Part shown: piece after piece, positions 14,424-23,736 of the stretch
Position numbering within the stretch: the first letter of the stretch is position 1
How the letters are laid out: each line of letters opens with the position of its first letter
The notes under the pieces: generated by a model
What the model saw: only the letters and a program-made list of their open reading frames with translations
Told to the model about the DNA's origin: nothing
Database searches by the model: none
NCBI GenBank assembly: GCA_963693365.1
Contig: CAVNZM010000046.1
Coordinates: 1-30,460, forward strand
From: Amoebidium appalachense
Taxonomy: Eukaryota; Protista; Ichthyosporea
DNA: 30,460 nucleotides
Direction of reading: 5' to 3'
Program-made: the position numbers and the translations under genes

Positions 14424-15530
14424 TTACCCCTCCTTCGTCTCCTTGCCCTGGTTCAACATCTCCGCCAGCCTTCGCTTGCGCGCCTGCATGCGCGTGCGCG
14501 TCTCCTGGTCCACGTAGTCGTCGTCGTCCGAGGTCTCGACGTCCTCGCCGGCCGCCCGGCGTGACTCGCGGTCGGTGACGTAGGCGCCGTAGAGGTCCGT
14601 GATGACCCGTGCGTCCTTGTTGATGGGATGCGGGAACCCGGCCACCAGCTCCGGCAGCCGCGGCGTGCACTTCTGCACGCGCACGCGCACGTACTGCACG
14701 CGGAGCATCTCGTAGCGCGCGAGCAGCGTCTCGTGGTCGTCCTTGAGCTTGTTGAACTGGATCTCCTTCTGCTGCAGCGCGGCCACGCGGGCGTTGAGGT
14801 GGCGGATGTGCTCGACGTAGCGCTCGCACTCGGGGTTGCTGCGCTTCATCTTCTCCAGTTGGTCCTTGAGCAGCTCGTTCTCGCGCTTGGCCGCGTGCAG
14901 CTGGCCCTTGTCCTCCACCGTCTCCTTGAGCGACTTGTAGTTGGCCCGCAGCTCCACCAGCTCGCGGTTGTTGGTCTCGGCGTTCTGGATGGACTCGCGT
15001 GCCTCGCGCAGGTCCAGCATGATCGCACGGGCGGTGGACTCGTCCACGCCCTTGCGCTGCAGCGTGCTCTGGTCGCCGATGCCCTGCAGGATGTGCACCA
15101 ACACGTTGGCAATCTCGCGTGTGAGCGCGCCGTTGCTGCGGTTGGTCCCGTTCAGCTGCTCGCGGAACCGGGACATGTCAATGGGCAACTTCCACACGAC
15201 CTCCTTCGAGTCCTTGTTTATATTCCCGTCCTTGTCCAAAGTGGGCATGTCCGAAAACGCCAGCTCCACAGCCATTGTAGCAGTGGAGTTGTCACTGGCA
15301 AATGATTGCAGGGCAGTTTCGATGGCCGGCGGGAGTTTGTTGTAGATGTCGCCTATCACTTTCTGGTGGCTCGAGATGACGGCGTTGTTTTGGTTCAACA
15401 GCTTGGCGATCATATCGGTTACACTCTTGATGTCCTGTGTTTGCACGATGCCACTCGGCCCTCCACCCCCAAACTTCAATTTCGTGAGGATCTCTATAGC
15501 CCTGTTAAGATCATCCTGGCTCATGCTCAT
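14424..15530 (-). CDS. Coiled-coil hypothetical protein (~368 aa)
   Basis: CAAATG start (MSMSQDD...), long heptad-rich E/K/L/R region, very high GC3, AATAAA downstream. Confidence 0.8.
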   Translation of the reverse strand: MSMSQDDLNRAIEILTKLKFGGGGPSGIVQTQDIKSVTDMIAKLLNQNNAVISSHQKVIGDIYNKLPPAIETALQSFASDNSTATMAVELAFSDMPTLDKDGNINKDSKEVVWKLPIDMSRFREQLNGTNRSNGALTREIANVLVHILQGIGDQSTLQRKGVDESTARAIMLDLREARESIQNAETNNRELVELRANYKSLKETVEDKGQLHAAKRENELLKDQLEKMKRSNPECERYVEHIRHLNARVAALQQKEIQFNKLKDDHETLLARYEMLRVQYVRVRVQKCTPRLPELVAGFPHPINKDARVITDLYGAYVTDRESRRAAGEDVETSDDDDYVDQETRTRMQARKRRLAEMLNQGKETKEG

Positions 15531-15593
15531 TTGCTCTTGCCCCACATAATGCAGCTTTGGCCACACCCCACCGCATTATTCCCTTGGTCAACA

Positions 15594-15824
15594 ATGTCCG
15601 TGCTCGCCAACGTGATGATGTTTGTCTTCTGGGCGCTCGCCGTCGGCTCCATGGCCGGGTTCATGAGCCTGTACAGCGCCATGACGAAGGAGAAGTGCGT
15701 CGAGGCCGCCGTGAAGAACAGGTACGAGGCCTCGAACACTGCCGTGATGGTGGCCCTGGTGGTCACCGTGTTTGCGTACCTCATCTACGGCGTGTACGCG
15801 TCGGCCTCCTCCGCGCAGGTATAA
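15594..15824 (+). CDS. Small two-TM membrane protein (76 aa)
   Basis: ACAATG start, two hydrophobic helices, high GC3. Confidence 0.7.
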   Translation: MSVLANVMMFVFWALAVGSMAGFMSLYSAMTKEKCVEAAVKNRYEASNTAVMVALVVTVFAYLIYGVYASASSAQV

Positions 15825-15826
15825 AG
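15814..15826 (+). promoter_or_regulatory. TATA element CGCAGGTATAAAG overlapping the upstream stop codon
   Basis: TATA lies 42 nt before ATG 15862. Its TAA (15822-15824) is the stop of the preceding gene. Confidence 0.6.
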
Positions 15827-15861
15827 GGAGCTCGTCCGCAATTGTTGCGCCCAGTCTCAGT

Positions 15862-16254
15862 ATGGGTGCCGTCGCCTCGCAGCCCATCGTGTGCGCGCCG
15901 GTGCAGACCTTCTTCGTCACCACGGACGCCGACTGCTCGCCCGTCCTGGTCACCAACCGTCTCATGGGCACGCTGACCGTGGACTCGACCCGCGTGACCG
16001 TGTGGGCGTCCACGCGCCCGCTCTACTTTCTGCCCACCACGGGCCTCAAGGCCATGCCCCCAGACCAGTACCTGCCGGCGGCCGTGCAGCACGGCTGCGA
16101 CGCACTGCTGGCGAACCGGCTGGTGCTGGGGGGCGACCCCGAGTCGCTGGGGCTCGTGCGCCTGGCCGACATGACGCCGCGCGAGTTCAAGCAGTACCGG
16201 CCGATCTTCGTGTCCGGCACCGTCACCACGTCCATCACCGTGCCGCAGCTCTAG
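15862..16254 (+). CDS. Putative N-myristoylated protein (130 aa)
   Basis: MGAVAS fits MGxxxS. Very high GC3. Confidence 0.7.
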   Translation: MGAVASQPIVCAPVQTFFVTTDADCSPVLVTNRLMGTLTVDSTRVTVWASTRPLYFLPTTGLKAMPPDQYLPAAVQHGCDALLANRLVLGGDPESLGLVRLADMTPREFKQYRPIFVSGTVTTSITVPQL

Positions 16255-16909
16255 GCGTCATAGTCTCGCACCACGCCAGGTCCTTGAGGAACAGCCCCAT
16301 GTTGAAGTACTGCACCAGGCTGTTGAGTCCCGCCAGGAACGGCCGCCGAAACATCGGGTTGCCGGCCATCCCCGGCACCGGGTGGTTCCAGCGCGACTTG
16401 AGCGCCACCTCGAACACCTCGTCCGCGAGGAACCACTGCATGTTGCGCTTCTCCAGGAAGTCGTACTTGACGCGCAGCGTGCCGTCGCGCACCTCTGTCG
16501 ACCCCGGCAGAGCCAGCTGGCCTGCCGACAGCGCCTGGCGCGCAGCCCGGAACCGGTGCGGCAGGTGCGGGTCAAATGGGATCTGCACCATATACGTAAT
16601 AAAGTAGCGGTTCTGACCGGCCGCTCCCGCAAACCTGAGCACGTACGCCCGGTCCCGCAGGATGCCCTCGAGCATCGGGCGGGGGATCACAGTGTCCAGT
16701 GTCTCCTCGTAGAACTCCATGACCGTGGTCTCCTCCACGGTCAGGCCCGCCTTGAGCCTCCCGCCAAACACCCCGTACCTCCCGTCACTGTCCTCCTGTC
16801 CGAGGAGGAACAGCACGCGACGGTCGTGCACGGCGTAGGGTAGTACGCCGGCGCCGATGATGCGACAGTCATCGTCGTGGTAGGGGATGCACATGTCCAG
16901 GACCTTCAT
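16235..16909 (-). CDS. Nudix hydrolase-family protein (NCLDV type) with a divergent Nudix box
   Basis: GAGVLPY..VLFLLGQE..YGVFGGRLKAGLTVEETTVMEFYEETL, then FLEK..MQWF. Confidence 0.82.
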   Translation of the reverse strand: MKVLDMCIPYHDDDCRIIGAGVLPYAVHDRRVLFLLGQEDSDGRYGVFGGRLKAGLTVEETTVMEFYEETLDTVIPRPMLEGILRDRAYVLRFAGAAGQNRYFITYMVQIPFDPHLPHRFRAARQALSAGQLALPGSTEVRDGTLRVKYDFLEKRNMQWFLADEVFEVALKSRWNHPVPGMAGNPMFRRPFLAGLNSLVQYFNMGLFLKDLAWCETMTPRAAAR

Positions 16910-17037
16910 CAAGTGGAGGGGAGATAATCTGGGGTGGGGTCGGTGCCAAACTCACCAGAAACTTGGGGGCGAGCGCGCCCGGCCGGTCTGGGTGAATATC
17001 GGGTGAACCAGGGTGGCTTCAGCGCGAAGGGGTCAAA

Positions 17038-17167
17038 AAACGGTCAAAGCAGCGCAGGTTTGGCCAATATCAGGTGAAGCTAGCGCGAAGTTGGTGAATA
17101 TTCAATGAAGAGGCAGGTGCACGGTTCTCCAATAAACGGTCAAAGCAGCGCAGGGTTTGCCAATATC
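17038..17167. repeat. Direct repeat AAACGGTCAAAGCAGCGCAGG...CCAATATC (two copies 96 bp apart)
   Basis: Copies start at 17038 and 17134. Confidence 0.85.
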
Positions 17168-17260
17168 CGATCGACCAAAAACAAATCCTCGGTCAATATC
17201 CGGTGAACCCCAATTCGTGTACGACGAAAATCCTAGTAAACACAAAACTAAATTGGCGCC

Positions 17261-17458
17261 ATCCCCGGCCAATATCCAGCGAACCCAAAAACGAAGTCGC
17301 GCGACCCCCAGCCAATATCCAGTGAACCCCAAAATGATGTCGCGCGATCCCCAGCCAATATCCGGTGAACCCCAAAACGATGTCGCGCGATCCCCAGCCA
17401 ATATCCAGTGAACCCCAAAACGATGTCGCGCGATCCCCGGCCAATATCCGGTGAACCA
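17261..17458. repeat. 43-bp tandem repeat (~4.6 copies), consensus CCCCAGCCAATATCCRGTGAACCCCAAAACGATGTCGCGCGAT
   Basis: CCAAT at 17269, 17312, 17355, 17398 and 17441 (exact 43-bp period). Each full unit holds the palindrome TCGCGCGA. Degenerate AATATC cores flank the array from ~16995 to ~17480. Confidence 0.95.
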
Positions 17459-17539
17459 AAACAGAACCTCAGTCAATATCGATCGATCCACGGAGCATCC
17501 CTTTCAATAATGCTTGAATCAGATTCACCCGCTATTCGA

Positions 17540-17648
17540 TCTGATTGGTCGAAAACGGCCAAGATCAATCGAGCCCGGGATTCACACTCTGACCAATCAG
17601 AACGCGCAGAAATTCAAAGCCAGTGCTCCGATGTTTCAGCCAATCAGA
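17540..17648. promoter_or_regulatory. Cluster of NF-Y-type CCAAT boxes, two forming an 11-bp inverted repeat
   Basis: TCTGATTGGTC (17540-17550), GACCAATCAGA (17591-17601), AGCCAATCAGA (17638-17648). Confidence 0.55.
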
Positions 17649-17885
17649 GCGCCCCACATTAGATCACGAGACCCAGCCAGTCTGTTTCAACTCATTCGCA
17701 AATATCTTTATTTATTTTGAGAGTGGCCAGGTGCGCTCCAAATAAAAAAAAATGCAATGCAATCCCGTTGGACCAAACTTGCATCCCGGGCCCCGAATTT
17801 TACACACCTGGCCAGCCAGATGATACAAAACACACCCGAACCCGCCATCCCCACAGCAGCCCTGCCAATTGTTGGGGATGACAGG

Positions 17886-18779
17886 CTACCCCAGCACGTG
17901 CTTCTCCAGGAAGCGCACGGGGTACACCTTGACCGGGCGCAGGTCCCCCTGCACCATCTTCAACGTCTCCTCGGGCTCGCAGCCCTCCTGCTCGCGCCAC
18001 GTGCGTGCGAGCATCCGGCCGACCGTGCTGCTGGACCTGTCGGTGATGCCTCGGTCGACGAGGAACTTGGCCACGGTCACGTACCCGCCGATCGCAGACT
18101 CCTCGATGGCCGTGCTAGTTCGGGTAGGGACAAGGATGTTGGCAAGGGTGTCGTTGAGCAGCATGCGCATGCGTGGGTCCCTATCGAGGCCAAAGTCTTC
18201 CAGCAGGCCACGGTACATGGTGATATTTTCCATCTCCAGGCGCCTGACCTCCGCCTCCTCCCGGCGCAGACGCAGCCGACGCTCCTCCTCCAGCTCCTCG
18301 CGGCGCCGCTTGCGGTCGGGGGTCTCGTCGGTGCCGTTGCGGAAGAACTCACGCTCCTCGGGGGTGCTGGCGTCGTAGCGCGCCTCAATCTCGGGGATGA
18401 GGGAGACGTCGCCGGAAAGCAGCCGGGCTATGTAGGTGGCACACGTCCTGCGGAACTCGTGGGCGCGCTTGCCGGGAAGCAGGAAGATGATCTCGAGGAG
18501 GACACGGAAGGGGGCGATTGGGGTGGGCTTTCCAACCCCATTGATCTGGGCGTCCTCAGCCTCGCTGAGGATGTCAACAACACTATGGTCCTTTGATTTC
18601 TTGATCTGTGACCATGCCTCGTACATCGCCGCCTTTCCAATCACCATTGAAATCACATCTAGGACACTTGCCATGTTCTTGTCTCTGTCAATGCGCATAG
18701 TGCAACCTTTGAACTGCGGGAACTCCCTCCAAAGGTCCTGAAGCCACATGTCGCCTTTTTTGTTCTGCTCGCCAGCCAT
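17886..18779 (-). CDS. Bro-N-like viral DNA-binding protein with coiled coil (297 aa)
   Basis: ASVLDVI...INGVGKPTPIA...LLEIIFLLPGKRAHEFRRTCA..IARLLSGDVSLIPEIE, a motif typical of a Bro-like family of algal and protist giant viruses. Confidence 0.75.
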   Translation of the reverse strand: MAGEQNKKGDMWLQDLWREFPQFKGCTMRIDRDKNMASVLDVISMVIGKAAMYEAWSQIKKSKDHSVVDILSEAEDAQINGVGKPTPIAPFRVLLEIIFLLPGKRAHEFRRTCATYIARLLSGDVSLIPEIEARYDASTPEEREFFRNGTDETPDRKRRREELEEERRLRLRREEAEVRRLEMENITMYRGLLEDFGLDRDPRMRMLLNDTLANILVPTRTSTAIEESAIGGYVTVAKFLVDRGITDRSSSTVGRMLARTWREQEGCEPEETLKMVQGDLRPVKVYPVRFLEKHVLG

Positions 18780-18815
18780 GCTGTGTCCGACTGGCCTCCT
18801 CTGCCGGGCGCTGCT

Positions 18816-18829
18816 CTTTTATACCTTCA
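18816..18829 (-). promoter_or_regulatory. TATA element TGAAGGTATAAAAG
   Basis: TATA lies 44 nt before ATG 18779. Confidence 0.75.
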
Positions 18830-18971
18830 GACCAGGAGAACGGGAGCCCCGACGCTCGGCACGGTTGGTGTCGGCCTCCCAGGCTGCCAGCCGCTTGTCG
18901 TAGAGTAAACTGCATCAACACGGAAAGTGCGCCGGACGTGCACATGTAGCAATCTTTTTGGGGTCCCGGGT

Positions 18972-20981
18972 ATGGCGAATATTCTGGAGGATCTGGACTT
19001 GGTGGAAAACATGGAGGACGAGGACACGGACAGCATGGAGGACGAGGGCACGGACAGCATGGAGGACGAGGACACGGACCCCTTCTCAGATGCGTATTTT
19101 GAAGTCCTGGAAGCTGCAGGGGTTGTTGAGCCTGGCACGACGGTCGACGACTGGTTCTGCGCCGACCCGGCAGACATAAGTGCGCTCCGGACAGGTAGAA
19201 ACTGGTGGCCGAACAAGCGCGCTGTTCAGGAGGCCGTGGACAACGGCACGGTGCAGCGGGCGATTGAGCGCCTGCAACAGCAGGGCCTGGAAATGCCCGA
19301 AGGACGGGGGATGGAAGACCTAATAATCGAAACGCTGGTGTTCATGCGCGTGGCCCGCCAGGCACTCTCCGAGTCTGGGATGGTGCGAAAGGTGTCAACC
19401 TTGTGGGGCGGGGAGCCTGAGAACCGCGACCCCTACATACGCGAAAATCTGGAAGATCTGGTGAGCCCCGCCGTGCGCGAAGAGGTAAAGGCGGCCAAGC
19501 GCAATGGGGACGAGAATGCCATTCAAAATATTATGGATGATCCGGAAATCCGCGCCCAGATCACAGACGCGCTGTGGTGCAGGGCTGCTCGCAGGGCCAA
19601 TCGTCTCAAGCGCCTGGAAACAGCTCTGTACATGTCCGAGGGGCTCACCAAGAGAGAGTACATATTCAGGTACGCAGATGAGTTGTTTCCCTCGTACGCC
19701 GCGGCACGGATACGTGATATACCAATGGGTGATAACGAAGCATGGGAAAGGGCCGTCGAAACTGAAATGCTAGACGAAGCTGTGGTGGAGGAAGTCCGGA
19801 AGAAACTTATGAAACGCGCCACCAGTATTGGCGGCAAATATGTCGGAATCTTCCAGTTGGCTCTCAACGAGATGATAGCAAGCCACGGTGGCGTCATTCC
19901 AAACATGCAACAACGTCCCCACAATGGCGATGTCGAAATGGCTGTAGAACCCGAAGCCCCGGATTCGGATTCGATGCCCCAGGCTCCATCTGGTAGCACT
20001 GCACCGGTGTCCGGGTCTGCCATGGATCTTTCGCACGCGGAGGGCGATGAAGATGATGCGAACATTTTCGAATGGACCGCACAAGGCCTTGTCAAACTAT
20101 TCGCTACGTTGACCGCTGACTCTCCGCACCAGGCGAATCGGCTTTGTTATGAGCACAAGTGGGAGCTTGTTGACAAGTTTGAGTTGTTCGCGCGCGGTGC
20201 GCTCGAGATCGCCAGACGACGTCAAATGAAAGAAGATTTGGGCAAAATGCTGAAGGCAGATTTGGACGCAGAAGAGGCAGACGCTAAAGACGAAGAGGAC
20301 GAGGAGGACCGCGCGTTTGTGGTCCCTGATGACGACCCGGAGGTGCAGCCACCAGACAACAATGCACCCGACACCCTTTCCGACGAGCTCCGCGACCTGA
20401 GGGCTGCGGTACAGATTGCACAACCCGAGACCAGGATCGAAGCCGTGAGGCAGGTTCTTGACTGGCTGGCGAGACAGCCGAACGGGGTGTACCACCCACC
20501 GCCGCCACGGATGCTGTTCCACAGGTTGCCGTCTCCATTGGACCTGTCAGACTGGCTCACCCGGACGATTTCTCCCATGGATGAAGAGGACATGAGGATC
20601 CCAGAAGGGGTTTACAACGCGCTGCAGAAGTGGATCAGGTACACGAAACTTAGACGCCTAGAAGCCCTGCGCGCAAATTTCAGACCGGCCCCGTCGACCG
20701 CGGAGTTAGAGGCATACGTAGAGAGAATGTACAGGGCGATCAACGGCTTGCTCCCGGATCGCTTCCACAACCACACTAATGATTGGACGGGACGGTTTGA
20801 TGCCTACCCCAGCGAAACAGCAGCCATCATACTCCTTTCTGGGGCAGAACCCCGGGGGGGATCCATTGGCGGCGGCAGACGGCGACCCCATATTTGCGAG
20901 GATGCTCATCATCGCCGCAGGGGTCCAGGGATTGCACGATGCAGGGGTTTTTCAGTTTACAGGTGTGGAGTCGCCGGTTAG
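18972..20981 (+). CDS. Large acidic hypothetical protein (~669 aa; 3' end uncertain)
   Basis: Long ORF from ATG 18972, D/E-rich. Protein-like character appears to move to the +1 frame after the C4G7 run at 20850-20860. Confidence 0.75.
   Translation: MANILEDLDLVENMEDEDTDSMEDEGTDSMEDEDTDPFSDAYFEVLEAAGVVEPGTTVDDWFCADPADISALRTGRNWWPNKRAVQEAVDNGTVQRAIERLQQQGLEMPEGRGMEDLIIETLVFMRVARQALSESGMVRKVSTLWGGEPENRDPYIRENLEDLVSPAVREEVKAAKRNGDENAIQNIMDDPEIRAQITDALWCRAARRANRLKRLETALYMSEGLTKREYIFRYADELFPSYAAARIRDIPMGDNEAWERAVETEMLDEAVVEEVRKKLMKRATSIGGKYVGIFQLALNEMIASHGGVIPNMQQRPHNGDVEMAVEPEAPDSDSMPQAPSGSTAPVSGSAMDLSHAEGDEDDANIFEWTAQGLVKLFATLTADSPHQANRLCYEHKWELVDKFELFARGALEIARRRQMKEDLGKMLKADLDAEEADAKDEEDEEDRAFVVPDDDPEVQPPDNNAPDTLSDELRDLRAAVQIAQPETRIEAVRQVLDWLARQPNGVYHPPPPRMLFHRLPSPLDLSDWLTRTISPMDEEDMRIPEGVYNALQKWIRYTKLRRLEALRANFRPAPSTAELEAYVERMYRAINGLLPDRFHNHTNDWTGRFDAYPSETAAIILLSGAEPRGGSIGGGRRRPHICEDAHHRRRGPGIARCRGFSVYRCGVAG
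19011..19079 (+). repeat. 24-bp coding tandem repeat x3 (MEDE[D/G]TDS)
   Basis: ATGGAGGACGAGGRCACGGACAGC at 19011 and 19035; the third copy at 19059 lacks the final AGC. Confidence 0.95.
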
Positions 20982-21165
20982 ACCGGTGGTTGAAGACTTG
21001 CCATTAGGACCGGCTGGCAATACCCGGTGGACGCGGTCTGGAACAACGCATGCCCTGAGGACCACCAAAAGGCAAAGGAGACAGCTCAGGCATTACAGGC
21101 CACCCGGGCAGTAAACAAGCGAACACAATCGAAGCCACCAAAGTTTTGGGGTGTTGAATCTATAG

Positions 21166-22671
21166 ATGGCACACGGGCGAGGGAGGGATGTAGTGGAAAG
21201 ATTTCCCGTGAAGCCGCGCTGCTTTTTCAGGTTCGTAAAGAAAAATGCAGAACATTTTGTGGAAGAAACGCCGGTCTCCCCCAGCACTCAGACGTACGCA
21301 TGGACACCGGAAAACGGTTGCCTCTCCCTCTCCCTGGAAAGCACAGAACCCGACACGATCCCGGTGTATCTTGCCTGTGTTAAACGTCTCCGGTTCGATG
21401 CGCAACAGGATGGCTACTCCGTGAATATCGAGTTCGAGAACCAAGATAGTCCTGGGATACGCACCTTCGACACAACTTACGATTCGGTTCGAAACTTCAT
21501 GTTGGACAAGAGGGGCAATGCTTTCAAGGAGATCATGGTGAAGCACGCCCCATACCAGATCGAGGAGTACAAAAAGAGTACCATCCCTGGGAACCCAACA
21601 CCCCCATATTTGCAGGAGGATTCGGTAGCAGACCTCTTGTTTGACAAACTGTACCGCGGGGCCCAACAAATTTCGGGGTCCATAAAAGATTTGATAGGGG
21701 TGGGGTCTGTGTGGACTTCGCCTGCAGTAGAGGGGAGAACCAATACTATAGTAATGCTACAGACATATCTTCCGAAGTCCACAATTTTCGCCCCCGGAGA
21801 ATTGCTCCGTACACAACCCAACAACGAGTCAATGACTGTCCAGCAATCGTTTAGGAATCTCAGGAACGATGGCTTCATGACCACCATATCGATGCCTAAA
21901 TGGAAGTTCTTTTTTAGGAACGAACTCGCGACAATGTTGTTCCAATGGCTGACTGACCCCCAACGGGTGCCCTACTTTATTATATACACAGGTGAAGTGC
22001 ACCATGCTTCTGTCATCATACTCGTTTCAGGTGACAAGTCGAGTATAGTTCTGGAGTTCTTCAATGTCCATGCCCCGAGTAGCACGTTGACAAAAGCCCT
22101 TGTCTCATTCATGAGAAGCGCTGATCCCACAGGCAAGCTGAAAGACATACTTCGATCCCTCAAACCCGAAAGGGTTTGCACTGATTTGCAAAATCTTCAT
22201 GGAAAAAGGACATTGTACGACGAATTGTTTGACAGAGACGAGGTGGTCGATGGGGCCTGTGCGTCTTGGTTGAGTATTTATATACTGCTGCGGACTTCAC
22301 AAGCCGACTGGTCGTCCATACCGGGTGCGGATGGGCACACCATAGGCGAGCGGATCTGCAACTTCATCAAGACGAAAATCGCAAGGGATGGGGGATTCCA
22401 AGCGGTCTATAAGGTCGGGGGAACGATCGCGATGTACGGAAAGCGCCTGATCGAACTCTACGGGGCTAAGATGTATCAAACTGCGGATTGGTGGGCGCAA
22501 GACGGCGTCAATCAACAGGAGCGTTACCGAGAGGTCGTGGACATGGTGCTTTCCAAGAAAGTTCTCGTATTGACCGATGCCGAGCTTAAGGATGCAGGAC
22601 TGCCAACACGCAAGGACGGCGAGCAACTTGTGAACGAGGTCCGAGAACAAGCGGCGCGCCTCCTCCCCTGA
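21166..22671 (+). CDS. Putative CE-clan-like (Ulp1/adenain order) cysteine protease, paralog A (501 aa)
   Basis: HASVII...LEFFN...DLQ...DGACASWLSIYILLR gives His-Asn-Gln-Cys in CE-clan order. Co-linear with 27494..29020. Confidence 0.6.
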   Translation: MAHGRGRDVVERFPVKPRCFFRFVKKNAEHFVEETPVSPSTQTYAWTPENGCLSLSLESTEPDTIPVYLACVKRLRFDAQQDGYSVNIEFENQDSPGIRTFDTTYDSVRNFMLDKRGNAFKEIMVKHAPYQIEEYKKSTIPGNPTPPYLQEDSVADLLFDKLYRGAQQISGSIKDLIGVGSVWTSPAVEGRTNTIVMLQTYLPKSTIFAPGELLRTQPNNESMTVQQSFRNLRNDGFMTTISMPKWKFFFRNELATMLFQWLTDPQRVPYFIIYTGEVHHASVIILVSGDKSSIVLEFFNVHAPSSTLTKALVSFMRSADPTGKLKDILRSLKPERVCTDLQNLHGKRTLYDELFDRDEVVDGACASWLSIYILLRTSQADWSSIPGADGHTIGERICNFIKTKIARDGGFQAVYKVGGTIAMYGKRLIELYGAKMYQTADWWAQDGVNQQERYREVVDMVLSKKVLVLTDAELKDAGLPTRKDGEQLVNEVREQAARLLP

Positions 22672-22713
22672 GGGCATCAAAAGGTCAAGAATTGAGGTGG
22701 ATTGATCCCTGCC

Positions 22714-23079
22714 TCAGCGGAGGACCTCCCTTCTCAGCGCAGCGGCCAGCCGCGCGAGCCAGGCGGTGCGGTCGTCGCCCAGGCGTGTGGCAAAGTCGGC
22801 ATAGGACATCTGTGCCGAGAACCATTGACCCTTCTCCTCGTTCCAGTAGCGCAGGCCGTTGACATTGGAAACTTCCATGCGCGGGCACCGGCCGCATTCG
22901 CCAAAACGGGCTGTGTCGGCCTCCCAGCCCGCGGCCAGGCGCTTGTCATAAAGCAGGGCGGCACAGGCGGGTGCGTCGCAGGGCGGGTCACGACCGAACA
23001 CCGTGCGCACCGCATCTCGCAGCGCAAGCGCAAGCAGGGTGGTCACGCAGAGGGCCATGAGCAGGAGTACCAGCTGCAT
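22714..23079 (-). CDS. Small secreted or membrane protein (121 aa)
   Basis: Signal-like N-terminus MQLVLLLMALCVTTLLALA, paired Cys residues, ACAATG start. Confidence 0.7.
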   Translation of the reverse strand: MQLVLLLMALCVTTLLALALRDAVRTVFGRDPPCDAPACAALLYDKRLAAGWEADTARFGECGRCPRMEVSNVNGLRYWNEEKGQWFSAQMSYADFATRLGDDRTAWLARLAAALRREVLR

Positions 23080-23127
23080 TGTTACGTCACGGGCGCATTT
23101 TGTGCCGGCTTAATCTTCCTGTAGTGC

Positions 23128-23716
23128 ATGCACATCACGCACGGCGACCGCTTCGTCAGCCGCAACCTCGCGCTGCTCAGCTGCCCGGTGGAGTGGCCCG
23201 AGGACCTGGCCAACACGAGGCACACGGGCATGGGCCTGCGGTGGCGGCGTGACGGCGACAAGGTCACCGCCATGCTCGGTGAGACACGCATGTACTGGAG
23301 GGCGCTGCCCGAGGCCAACGTCGTCACGTTCACCGATGACCCGGCTCAGGCGAGCTCTTTTGGGTTCAGCGACTGCCCGCTCCCGCAGCCCAACCACGTT
23401 CCCGACACGGGTCTGGCGGGCGTGCGGGTGCGTCTGCACGACAAAGACCTGCCGGCTCTCCCCCCACCTAGCGCACCGCCCCCAGGGCCGCGTGGAGCTC
23501 GGCGTGGCCTTCTCCATCGGCGTGCTCGGCGTGGGGCCCCTGCCCATGCCCTCGTGGTTTGTGTCCTCGGTCGCAGACACGAGCCCCACCATGCAGTATG
23601 GGTTCCGCGGCGTCAACCTTGCGCTGTGCCTGCTGCACGTGTGGCGCGTGCGCGTGTGCGTGGACCTGTTCCCGTTCCCGGGCCTGACGCTTTTTCTGGC
23701 GCTGCTCGAGCTCTGA
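23128..23716 (+). CDS. Hypothetical protein split across two frames (short intron or +1 indel near 23428-23485)
   Basis: GC3-rich codons run in the 23128 frame to ~23460, then in the +1 frame to TGA 23716. Confidence 0.55.
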
Positions 23717-23736
23717 TATTTTGTAGCCATCTATCA

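Noticed and set aside
17261-17458. CRISPR array
   Set aside because: The units repeat over their whole 43 bp with no unique spacers, and there are no cas genes.
17102-17720. ORFs in the repeat block (17102..17491 -, 17157..17411 +, 17193..17459 -, and others)
   Set aside because: They are by-products of the 43-bp period, which cycles through all frames, and they lack the GC3 bias of the real genes.
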